Origin: Candidatus Omnitrophota bacterium
Lineage (GTDB): Bacteria; Omnitrophota; Gorgyraeia; Duberdicusellales; 4484-171
NCBI GenBank assembly: GCA_003154195.1
Contig: PMCS01000005.1
Span: forward strand, 9,449-73,448
DNA: 64,000 nucleotides
Direction of reading: 5' to 3'
Shown here: piece after piece, positions 27,708 to 35,783 of the stretch
How the letters are laid out: each line of letters begins with the position of its first letter
Position numbering within the stretch: position 1 is the stretch's first letter
The notes under the pieces: generated by a model
What the model saw: only the letters and a program-made list of their open reading frames with translations
Databases searched by the model: none
Told to the model about the DNA's origin: nothing
Position numbers and translations under genes: made by a program

Positions 27708-29228
27708 TCTTATCTTCGCACGGTGCGCCCGGCGCACCAATATCGCCACTAAAATAAAGATGCCGGCCATCGCCAGGCGCGTCCCCCAAACAAAAGGAAC
27801 GTTTTTTGCCTCTACCCCTTTTAGCATGAACGTCGGCACGGCCTGCTGAAAAAACCAAAATCCTAAGACAAAAATCAAAAACGCCGGAGTGATGTATTTA
27901 ATAACAAATCTATAAAAACGCGGAATCGCCAGTTCCGCGCCGTGATGCATCTCTTCCCAGGCGTTATTTATCCCAAAAATCCACACGAAAAGAATGCATT
28001 CAATCAAGGCGAAAATAATCAGAAAAAATGAGCCAGCCCAGAAATCTAATTCATCCATCACCCCGCGGCTTAAAAAAAATATGGGGAATTGGCAAAGGAT
28101 AAAACTGACAACGCCTAATATCCCGATACTTTTTTTACGCGAAATCGCCAGGTCGTCGCTTAAAAAAGCCACTGCCGGCTCTAATAAAGAAATACTGGAA
28201 GTTATACCGGCTAAAAACAGGAGAAAAAACCATAAAAACGCGAAAATCATGCCGCCGGCCATCTGAGAAAAAATCAAAGGCATCGTAACGAAACCGATAT
28301 TAAAACTTCCGCTCTTTGCCGCCGCTAAACTGCCCGCCCCGCCGAAAAACATAAAACTAAGAGGGATAACGATCGTCCCGCCTAAAATAACTTCGGCGAA
28401 TTCATTCAGGGAAGCCGCGGTCAACCCGGATAAAACAATATCATCACCCTTAGAAAGGTAACTGGCGTAAGTGATGATTACGCCGATACCCACGCTTAAA
28501 GTAAAAAGGATCTGCCCGCAAGCCGCGAGCCATACCTTGGCGTCCCCTAAGGCTCTAAAATCCGGGTTCCACATAAACCCCAGGCCGCCGAGGACATTCC
28601 AATCGGGATGTAATTTGTTCGGCGCGCCTAAAGTCAAGACCCGGACGACGATGATAAAAGCAGCGACAAATAAAAGCGGCATGGCAATTTTACAAAGCTT
28701 TTCGATACCGCCCTTCACTCCTTTGTAGATAACCAAAAAATTTAAGAAAAAAGTAATGACAAAAAATAAATACGATAAAGGAAAAATCTTCGATGAACCG
28801 ACCCCCTGATATTCCTGCAAAAAGGCAAGCGCCTGTTCTTTGGTCGTCATCCCCAGAAACGCGCCTTTCAGCGAATAATAGCAATAGCCCATCAGCCAGC
28901 TTTCGATATAGGTATAGTAGATAAAAATCATCAGCGGGCCGAATACGCCGATGGCGCCTAAATATTTAGCGGCGCGGTTACGCGACAGGCGGCTAAAAAT
29001 CAACGGCGCGGTCCCGTGGCCGAAGAGGCCGCCGTAACGGCCGATCGCCCACTCGATCCACATCAAGGGGATCCCTAAAAAAATAAAGGCGATGAAATAG
29101 GGGATTAAAAACGCGCCACTGCCGTTTTGCACCGCCTGAGAGGGAAAACGCAAAAAATTCCCCAGCCCGACGGCCGAACCGGCCACGGCTAAAATTATCC
29201 CGATTTTATTCGTCCACTTCTCTCTCAT
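27702..29228 (-). CDS. Sodium-dependent transporter, NSS/SNF family
   Basis: MREKW, AVGLGNFLRFP, GAFLIPY, AACGQILFTLS. Confidence 0.93.
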   Translation of the reverse strand: MREKWTNKIGIILAVAGSAVGLGNFLRFPSQAVQNGSGAFLIPYFIAFIFLGIPLMWIEWAIGRYGGLFGHGTAPLIFSRLSRNRAAKYLGAIGVFGPLMIFIYYTYIESWLMGYCYYSLKGAFLGMTTKEQALAFLQEYQGVGSSKIFPLSYLFFVITFFLNFLVIYKGVKGGIEKLCKIAMPLLFVAAFIIVVRVLTLGAPNKLHPDWNVLGGLGFMWNPDFRALGDAKVWLAACGQILFTLSVGIGVIITYASYLSKGDDIVLSGLTAASLNEFAEVILGGTIVIPLSFMFFGGAGSLAAAKSGSFNIGFVTMPLIFSQMAGGMIFAFLWFFLLFLAGITSSISLLEPAVAFLSDDLAISRKKSIGILGVVSFILCQFPIFFLSRGVMDELDFWAGSFFLIIFALIECILFVWIFGINNAWEEMHHGAELAIPRFYRFVIKYITPAFLIFVLGFWFFQQAVPTFMLKGVEAKNVPFVWGTRLAMAGIFILVAILVRRAHRAKIRG

Positions 29229-29513
29229 AATAAATATTTTTGCTTTGCAAAAATATTTATCTGGCAAAAAATGCTTTTCCCTAACGCATTTTTTGGGATA
29301 ATTTAGTATATCACCTATCGGTTTTTTATACAATATTTTTTGCGGTAGATTTAAGGAAGGGCTGAAAATATTTGGAAGAAAAATACTCTCATGACGCCGC
29401 CCCAGTTCGAAAAGAACGCTGAAAGCGCTCTTTTCGAACTCGCAGGGGAGGCAGTATCAATGAACCGCCATGGGAGAAATACAAAACTAAGGTTATGAAG
29501 ACGATATTGAAAT

Positions 29514-29717
29514 CGGCTAAGGATAGGGTTAGGAAGCCGGTTTGATAAATACTGGGCTAAGGTAAGGGTTACGAGGCCGGTTTGGGCTAAGGTTATGGTT
29601 CGGGTTTAAATCAATATTTTTAGCCCTTGCCTTAACCCTAACCCATACTGGCATCATGGCCCTTGCCCTAACCGTTTTTTAATCCATACCGGCATCGTAA
29701 CCCTTACCTTAACCCGG
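29514..29717. repeat. Hexamer-repeat fold-back element, copy E (opposite orientation, duplicated arms)
   Basis: gaagccggttt / gaggccggtttggg ... cccatactggcatc / cataccggcatc. Confidence 0.85.
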
Positions 29718-29723
29718 TATTTA

Positions 29724-31640
29724 CTACTCGTTCTTTTTGCCGGTTTTTCGCACAACCGCGATTACCACAATCAACAACACGACGAACACAACCAATCCGA
29801 TGCCGGATAAAATTATCGCGGGTATGGCGTTGACCGCGCTGCCCAGCATATTGGCGAACATCTCGATCATTCGTTCTCTGGCCTTGTGCAGGTTTTCGCG
29901 CCACAACGCCTTCCATTCTGGGACATACAAATCGAGCGAGATACTGGCGCTGCCGGTAAGGTTCTTACCAGCCAAATCCAACGCCGGGTCTTTCGAATCA
30001 ACGCTGAACCCTTTCACACTGCCTATTTTTTTAAGCGCCGCAATAGCCTCCTCCGCTTTATTCAACGGCACGCGCAAAGCGACTTGCGCGTAATTGCTCG
30101 ACGCCGACTCCTGATTAAACCCACCGGAAATAATTCGGCCGGATTTTTCTTTCGCTAATCCGGCTACCGTGTCGTAAGCTTTTTGCAGGTCGTCGATTTC
30201 TATCTTCAGGTAAGCGCCGTATTTAGCCGCCGGCGCGAATAAATCGACGGTTACCGTGGACATGCTGATAAGGTTGTCCAGTTCCGCCATCCGCGCCTTG
30301 AACATTTCCATCCTGCGCTCATAAGGGGTGAGTTCATTTTCTACGCGGATCGCCTCATCGACGCTATTGGACTTATTTTCGTATTTCTTGCGCAGTTTGT
30401 CGTAAACAACTTTAGTAAGATTAAATTCGGAAAGCAAATTCTTGTACTCTTTAGAGACGTCGCTGCTCTGGAGGTCAAATCCTTTCACACTGCCTAATTT
30501 CTTGATCTCCTCAAGCGCTTCTTCGAGTTTGTTTTTAGGGATACGTAAAATTAATTTCGCCGCTATCTTCGCGGTCAAGCCTTCATCTGTTTTTTCTTCG
30601 CGAAAATTGGCCTGCGCCAGATAGCCGCCTTTAGCTTTAGAAATTTTAGCGGTTTCGCCATAGGCGCTTTGGACATCCGGAACCTCCACGCTGACATTGG
30701 CATTACGGATAACATATTCTTCCTGGCCGGTCGCCGGTAAAGTTATGTCCTGGATAATAATCGGGCCGGTTTCGCCTTCTGCTGCCTGTTCCGCCACAGC
30801 CATGGGGACGATTTTATCGGCAAGCATCCGCTGGGAAAGCTGCATCGCCGAAGCCTTACCGGCAGACTCCCCTATCCAGCCCAATGTTTCCGCTTCCACG
30901 GATGAAGCAGTGCCGGATGCATGATTAAAAAACTTCTCTTCGTGGTCGCCGTGGTACATAGTCTTGCCGTACTGCTGGTCATATATAGGTTTCGCGGAAC
31001 CGACTATTACATTAGCTTTCCCGCTTGCCGCCAGGGCATTGTGCCCGCCACGGGCAAAAAAACTCTTCATGCCCTCTGAAAAACCGGCATCTGAACTCAT
31101 ACCCGTGCTATTCCCAACGTGTGCCTCCCACAAAGCGGAAAGGGCTTTTACATTATTGGATAAAGTTCTCTCTAGGTCCGCGCGATACTCTTGATTGTTG
31201 AAATCGGAGTTGGGCACGGACGTAACCTTTTTGGCGGCTGACAGGCTAAATTCCTCTCCCATCCTGTCCGATGAATCCTTCAGCCGGCCTTGAAACCCGG
31301 CTTTAACAAACACCTGTCCCACCAAAACAAAAATTATAATAGTCGCTAATGCTCCTGAACCGATCCCTACGCCGATCAGTGTTTTCTTATTCATCTTCGA
31401 CACCCCCTTGTATTTTTCGCCCAAAAAATCCGTTCGGATTTTTTGTTCTAAGTCAGGAGTCAACTCCTGCTCTGGCCATTGTTTGAGAACGGACGATAAT
31501 TTTCCTAAATCTCCCAGGTATTTTTTACAACTCTCACAGGTTTGAAGATGTTTTTCAACAAACTCTCTTTCCCGGGGCGAGAGTTCATTGTCCATGTACG
31601 CGCTGATCAATCTTTTTATTCTAAAATGGATAAACATCAT
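29724..31640 (-). CDS. Zinc-binding anti-sigma factor (zf-HC2) with TM segments and DUF4349-like domains
   Basis: LISAYMDNEL...HLQTCESC; TM; IRNANVSVEV, LRIP, DVS; C-terminal TM; ATG overlaps the sigma stop. Confidence 0.8.
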   Translation of the reverse strand: MMFIHFRIKRLISAYMDNELSPREREFVEKHLQTCESCKKYLGDLGKLSSVLKQWPEQELTPDLEQKIRTDFLGEKYKGVSKMNKKTLIGVGIGSGALATIIIFVLVGQVFVKAGFQGRLKDSSDRMGEEFSLSAAKKVTSVPNSDFNNQEYRADLERTLSNNVKALSALWEAHVGNSTGMSSDAGFSEGMKSFFARGGHNALAASGKANVIVGSAKPIYDQQYGKTMYHGDHEEKFFNHASGTASSVEAETLGWIGESAGKASAMQLSQRMLADKIVPMAVAEQAAEGETGPIIIQDITLPATGQEEYVIRNANVSVEVPDVQSAYGETAKISKAKGGYLAQANFREEKTDEGLTAKIAAKLILRIPKNKLEEALEEIKKLGSVKGFDLQSSDVSKEYKNLLSEFNLTKVVYDKLRKKYENKSNSVDEAIRVENELTPYERRMEMFKARMAELDNLISMSTVTVDLFAPAAKYGAYLKIEIDDLQKAYDTVAGLAKEKSGRIISGGFNQESASSNYAQVALRVPLNKAEEAIAALKKIGSVKGFSVDSKDPALDLAGKNLTGSASISLDLYVPEWKALWRENLHKARERMIEMFANMLGSAVNAIPAIILSGIGLVVFVVLLIVVIAVVRKTGKKNE

Positions 31641-32248
31641 CTCAACTCTCCCATCACCAGCATCAGTTCTTTTCTTAATTTTTCGCGGCCGCGAAAAATT
31701 AATACTTTCACCTTTGCCAGCGAACAATTTAAAATACCGGCGATTTCTTCATAGTTCAACTGCTGGTATTCCCTTAAGATTACCGCCTCGCGATATTCAT
31801 AGGGGAGTTTTTCTATCGCCTTCTTGACGATCGCGGCGCGCTCGTTATCCTGCGCTTCCGCGTCAGGGGAATATTTAGTATCCGGTATCTCCAGCTCTTC
31901 ATATTCACTGTCTTCCGCTTCTTTTTTAAACCACAAAAAAACGATTTTCCGGCGTTTCCGTATCCGGTCGACGCAGGAATTATGAGCAATCGTATACAGC
32001 CAGGTAGAAAATTTCGCTCTTACTTCATATTTATCCTTTTGCGCCGTTACGGCGTAAAACGCCTCGCCCACCACGTCTTCGGCGTCGGCAAGATTGCCCA
32101 ACAGCCTTAACGCGTAGTTTAAGAGGCGCTTTTTATAGCGTTGGAAGAGTTCTTCCAAAGCGTCAATATTTCCCATCCGATAGTCGGTCATAAGTTCTTC
32201 GTCCGGTTTGGTCATATTGTTTGAGTTTTCGCGATTTCTTTCTTCCAT
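31637..32248 (-). CDS. ECF RNA polymerase sigma factor
   Basis: DEELM, AEDVVGEAF, FSTWLYTIAHN, LNYEEIA, VKVLIFRGR. Confidence 0.93.
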   Translation of the reverse strand: MEERNRENSNNMTKPDEELMTDYRMGNIDALEELFQRYKKRLLNYALRLLGNLADAEDVVGEAFYAVTAQKDKYEVRAKFSTWLYTIAHNSCVDRIRKRRKIVFLWFKKEAEDSEYEELEIPDTKYSPDAEAQDNERAAIVKKAIEKLPYEYREAVILREYQQLNYEEIAGILNCSLAKVKVLIFRGREKLRKELMLVMGELR

Positions 32249-32255
32249 AAGATTA

Positions 32256-32281
32256 AACGCGCGAAGCGCCAAAAAGTTACA
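32256..32281 (-). promoter_or_regulatory. ECF-type autoregulatory promoter
   Basis: TGTAAC-N16-CGTT, ending 7 nt before ATG 32248. Confidence 0.6.
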
Positions 32282-32433
32282 CTTTTTTTACTACAAAGAC
32301 GCTAAGATTATAAATACATACCTGCATTTTAAATTGCTCATTGAACATTGGTTATTTTAAATTTTTTAAAAAGAAAAACAAATTAATACAGGGAAAATGG
32401 AAGACCGAGAAGAAAAGCTTAAAACCCAAACCT

Positions 32434-32556
32434 TACCACAAAGGCACCAAGCGCACGAAAAGAAAGCACAAATTCATCAAAAATGTTAATCTTAGTGGAC
32501 TTAGTGTCTTGGTGGTAAGGTTTTACGGTTTTAATCTTTTTTGTGCCTTGGTGGTA
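32434..32556. repeat. 9-mer fold-back element (CAC.AA... / ...TT.GTG)
   Basis: accacaaaggcaccaagcgcacgaa ... ttagtggacttagtgtcttggtggt ... ttgtgccttggtggt. Confidence 0.7.
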
Positions 32557-32603
32557 AATCTTTTGGTTTTTCTTTAATAGAATTATCCGCCCAATGGGTA
32601 GTT

Positions 32604-33035
32604 CTATTTTTTAATCCCTTTAATCAAGGTGTCAATCTCGGATTGGGAAAGGATGCGGTCGCCGGAAAAACGGGCAAGCAGGTCTTTTACGGGAAATACC
32701 TTTATTTTTTCGCCGTTTTGTATCGTTTTAAGCTCCTGGGGCAAAGATAAGACCGCGCCCAGATAAATCATCGAGGAGGGAACCGGCCCGAACTCGAACG
32801 ATTCATAAAAGATATAAAATCGGTTATGGGTAAGCGAATAAGCCACATCGCCCGCGGCCACGCTGTGCATCGCCGGCCCGCCCAGGGATGTTTGCGCGGG
32901 GGCAGCGAAAAAAACCGAGCGATCCCCCTGATTCAATACCGTCTCAATCGGCAATAGCGCGGCGACTTTTGTCCCCACGGCGCCGGAAAACCGCGCCTGG
33001 AAACTGACATGCGGGGTTTCGAAAGTAATATCCAT
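32604..33035 (-). CDS. Cyclophilin-like-fold protein with a C-terminal LSQ.EID motif
   Basis: LLPIET...VFF..P, VAAGDVAY, FYIFY; ends ILSQSEIDTLIKGIKK; the upstream ORF extension is repeat-derived. Confidence 0.55.
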   Translation of the reverse strand: MDITFETPHVSFQARFSGAVGTKVAALLPIETVLNQGDRSVFFAAPAQTSLGGPAMHSVAAGDVAYSLTHNRFYIFYESFEFGPVPSSMIYLGAVLSLPQELKTIQNGEKIKVFPVKDLLARFSGDRILSQSEIDTLIKGIKK

Positions 33036-33066
33036 AGTGAAACGACCTAGGCTAATGGCTGAAAAA

Positions 33067-33185
33067 GGATATCGGGGCATCAGGAAACTAGGATTTGGGT
33101 ATTGGGGAAGCAGGGAATTAGGAAATATACCCAATATCCCAGTTTCCTGATATCCAAATCCCGATATCCCGGTATCCTAATGCCC
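33067..33185. repeat. 8-mer fold-back element
   Basis: ggatatcg gggcatca ggaaacta ggatttgg ... cccaatat cccagttt cctgatat ... cccgatat cccggtat cctaatgc. Confidence 0.8.
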
Positions 33186-33845
33186 TTATTTGTTACGGTC
33201 CTTAGCCCTGAACGTAAACTCCTCCATATCCCTAGGCAATCTGACCTTTAAATTAACTTCGTCATGGCTCACCGGATGGACAAATTGCAAGAAACAAGCA
33301 TGCAGGGCGAGCCGCCGGAATTTAACGGCAAAATCTTTGCCGAACGCGTATTGTCGTTCGCCCAAAATAGGATTGCCTAACCCCGCCAGCTGTATCCTTA
33401 ACTGGTTTGTCCTTCCCGTAAAAGGAATCAGCTCCACAATACTGTACTCCGGAAAATCACGCAATACCTTATAATAGGTTTTCGCTAATTTAGGTTTTTC
33501 GCCGAACCGGCTGCCTTCGTTATCGATAATTTTCCCCTCGATAAACCCGCGATACTTACGCATTCTTCCGCGGACAAAAGCGATATATTTTTTCTTGATT
33601 ATACCGTCGCGAAACTGGTTCATAATTTTTTCCTGGACCTCGGGGCTTTTAGCGTAGATGATTAAACCGGTAGTCTCACGGTCAAGGCGATGGCAGGGAT
33701 AGACCTTTTCCCTAAGCCGTTCCTGCAAAAGCGAGGTCAAGGTATTCCTTTCGCCTTTCGGTGACGGCTCGACCAGAAGTTTGGCGATCTTGTTTACCAC
33801 CACCACGTACTCGTCGTTAAAAACAATGTCGAAAGGATTGTCCAT
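33186..33845 (-). CDS. RluA family pseudouridine synthase
   Basis: HRLDRETTG, TGRTNQLR, LALHA. Confidence 0.92.
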   Translation of the reverse strand: MDNPFDIVFNDEYVVVVNKIAKLLVEPSPKGERNTLTSLLQERLREKVYPCHRLDRETTGLIIYAKSPEVQEKIMNQFRDGIIKKKYIAFVRGRMRKYRGFIEGKIIDNEGSRFGEKPKLAKTYYKVLRDFPEYSIVELIPFTGRTNQLRIQLAGLGNPILGERQYAFGKDFAVKFRRLALHACFLQFVHPVSHDEVNLKVRLPRDMEEFTFRAKDRNK

Positions 33846-33850
33846 AAAAT

Positions 33851-34390
33851 AGATAGACAGATGTCAGATGGTCAGATATCAGATGGTCAGATATCAGATG
33901 GTCAGATGCCAGGCAAACAGACAGTAGAGCGCATCTTGTTTCTTATCTGTCTATCTGTTTATCTGATTATGCCCTTCAAAAACTGAAACAATAAATTGAT
34001 AAAGCATTCTACTCAATTCGTCTATTGTATCCCTTAATTGCACATAAAGCAATTTGTCGCCTAACGATTTTGTTTCAAAAAGCAAATCCAAATGCTCCTT
34101 TGTCTCCTGGTTCGATGCATAAGAACGATGCAAATAATGCAAATATTCATTTTTATAATTCCTCAAAGCGAACCCTTCCACAATCTGTGCTGATACAGAT
34201 TTTGACGATCTTCTTATTTGAGAGCCTTCTTCATATAATTCGAATTGCGGTAGAGTTAAAGACATTTTGTGAATATCGACTGCCAACTTATGCGCTTTTC
34301 CATAGATCTTCAGATCTTCCAACTTCATGCATTTCACCTCCCATCCCAATCTGTCATCTGTTTATCTGATATCTGCCTATCTGATATCTG
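33851..34390. mobile_element. 7-mer fold-back element (CAGATRK / ATCTG) enclosing a four-helix-bundle gene
   Basis: (cagatgg t/cagatat)n at 33858-33910; inverse atctg units at 33945-33966 and 34349-34390. Confidence 0.75.
33951..34328 (-). CDS. Four-helix-bundle protein (23S rRNA IVS protein / bAvd-like family)
   Basis: EDLKIY, LPQFELY, SQIRRSSKSV...IVEG, S..ET; RBS GGAGGTG. Confidence 0.88.
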   Translation of the reverse strand: MKLEDLKIYGKAHKLAVDIHKMSLTLPQFELYEEGSQIRRSSKSVSAQIVEGFALRNYKNEYLHYLHRSYASNQETKEHLDLLFETKSLGDKLLYVQLRDTIDELSRMLYQFIVSVFEGHNQINR

Positions 34391-34774
34391 TTAATCCGCC
34401 GCCTTATTCTTTCTAATTATTATAAACAAACCGGCAAAGGCGCCGAAAGAATTAGCCGCCTGGTCGAGCAGTTCGAAACTCCGGTAAGGAAGAAAATACT
34501 GGATGCATTCGATCGCGAAACCGAAGAAAAAACAGTAAAAAAAGGTAAACCAACGGGGGTATTTTTTGTAACTTCTTAAACGGGTATTGACTAAAATAAA
34601 CGATAACAGAAAATACATCGCGAAATGGACGATTTTGTCGGCATTAGGAAAGGAAACGGCCTTAGGGGTATGGACGGGAATGACCGATACCGTAAAGATA
34701 AAACAACTGTAGATCGCTACGGTAATCCGGGAAAACAAATATGACATAAGCCAACCAAATTTTGCATTGAACAT
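34391..34774 (-). CDS. VanZ family membrane protein
   Basis: DKIVHF, E.IQYFLPYR, D..AN..G. Confidence 0.85.
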   Translation of the reverse strand: MFNAKFGWLMSYLFSRITVAIYSCFIFTVSVIPVHTPKAVSFPNADKIVHFAMYFLLSFILVNTRLRSYKKYPRWFTFFYCFFFGFAIECIQYFLPYRSFELLDQAANSFGAFAGLFIIIRKNKAAD

Positions 34775-34863
34775 TTATCATTAGACAATGATCATTGGAA
34801 AATATTATTTTCCCTCATTTTAAAATGAAGATTGATCAATGTTAAATTTAAAATTGTTTCAAA

Positions 34864-35052
34864 TCAGGTCTTTTTATCGCCGCCAGCGCCGTAACGCGCC
34901 AGCGCTTTCCTTATCCGAGCAGGCACGCATAGACATCTAAGCTCATTTATCTCCTTAAGCCAGATAAGTTTATTTCTGGGAGAAATCAACATCCCCCGGC
35001 GAATTCTTTCCTCCCGGCTTTCCCAGCCAAAATCTATATTTTTTCCCTTCAT
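34864..35052 (-). CDS. Small hypothetical protein coupled to the nucleotidyltransferase gene
   Basis: ATGA overlap with the upstream gene; SP..KL.WL pattern. Confidence 0.6.
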   Translation of the reverse strand: MKGKNIDFGWESREERIRRGMLISPRNKLIWLKEINELRCLCVPARIRKALARYGAGGDKKT

Positions 35053-35543
35053 CTCTTACCTAACTTCTTAATTATTTTTAGTTCTTGCACATCAAGCAAA
35101 TCTTTCTCCCGGCCGGCAGCACGCTTCATCGCGATAAGCGCATCAATCGATGCCACCGGAATGCAACACTGCCCCGCTTCTATCTTCTTCGCGCCCCTTA
35201 ATACGGCGGTAAAACTTACCGGCGTATCCACGATAATATCAACTTCTTCATAACCGGCAGTATCTTTATAAAAATTAAACGCCTTCAAATTTTTCTCTTT
35301 TACCCAAGTATCCCTTATTTTTTTATCGGCAAAATCCAAAGGATTCACCGGCTGCTTAACATGATAACCTTTTTTTATTAATATTTTTATCGCTTTCTTC
35401 AGGTTATCCTCGTCCATCGCCAATAAAATATCTAAATCGCCGGTAGCCCGATAGCCGCCAAGCAGATTAAACGCCACGCCGCCGACCACGACAAACCTTA
35501 CCTTAGCCTTGTTGAACGCGCGCAGTATCGTTTGATAAATCAT
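35049..35543 (-). CDS. Nucleotidyltransferase-fold protein
   Basis: VVGGVA, RATGDLD, LIAMKRAAGREKDLLD; TTGACA-N16-TATACT immediately upstream (35552-35579). Confidence 0.8.
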   Translation of the reverse strand: MIYQTILRAFNKAKVRFVVVGGVAFNLLGGYRATGDLDILLAMDEDNLKKAIKILIKKGYHVKQPVNPLDFADKKIRDTWVKEKNLKAFNFYKDTAGYEEVDIIVDTPVSFTAVLRGAKKIEAGQCCIPVASIDALIAMKRAAGREKDLLDVQELKIIKKLGKR

Positions 35544-35620
35544 CGTCAATCAGTATACCAAAAGCCGTTGCCTTGTCAAAATAAAAACCCCCGGCATTTA
35601 CGCCGGGGGATAATTAAAAC

Positions 35621-35776
35621 TTGGTTAGGGCAAGGGTAATGATGCCGGTATGGGCTAAAGACTTGGCTAGGCAAGGGCCATGATGCCAGTATGGGTTAGG
35701 GTTAGGGCTGTAAATTTGTATTAGCCCTGACCTTTGCCTTTACCCAAACGGGCTTCTTAACCCTGGCCTTTACCAA
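35621..35776. repeat. Hexamer-repeat fold-back element, copy F
   Basis: gatgccagtatgggttagggttagggctgtaaatttgtattagccc...cccaaacgggcttc. Confidence 0.85.
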
Positions 35777-35783
35777 TCTTTTT

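Noticed and set aside
33851-33930. Possible CRISPR array or DGR
   Set aside because: The units are 7 bp with no spacers and there are no cas genes. No reverse transcriptase or TR/VR pair differing at adenines was seen, despite the Avd-like gene.
18113-35579. Lineage-specific 16-bp promoter spacer (three examples)
   Set aside because: Other plausible promoters (~20954-20980, ~29305-29333, ~39449-39477) have 17-bp spacers, and the sample is too small.
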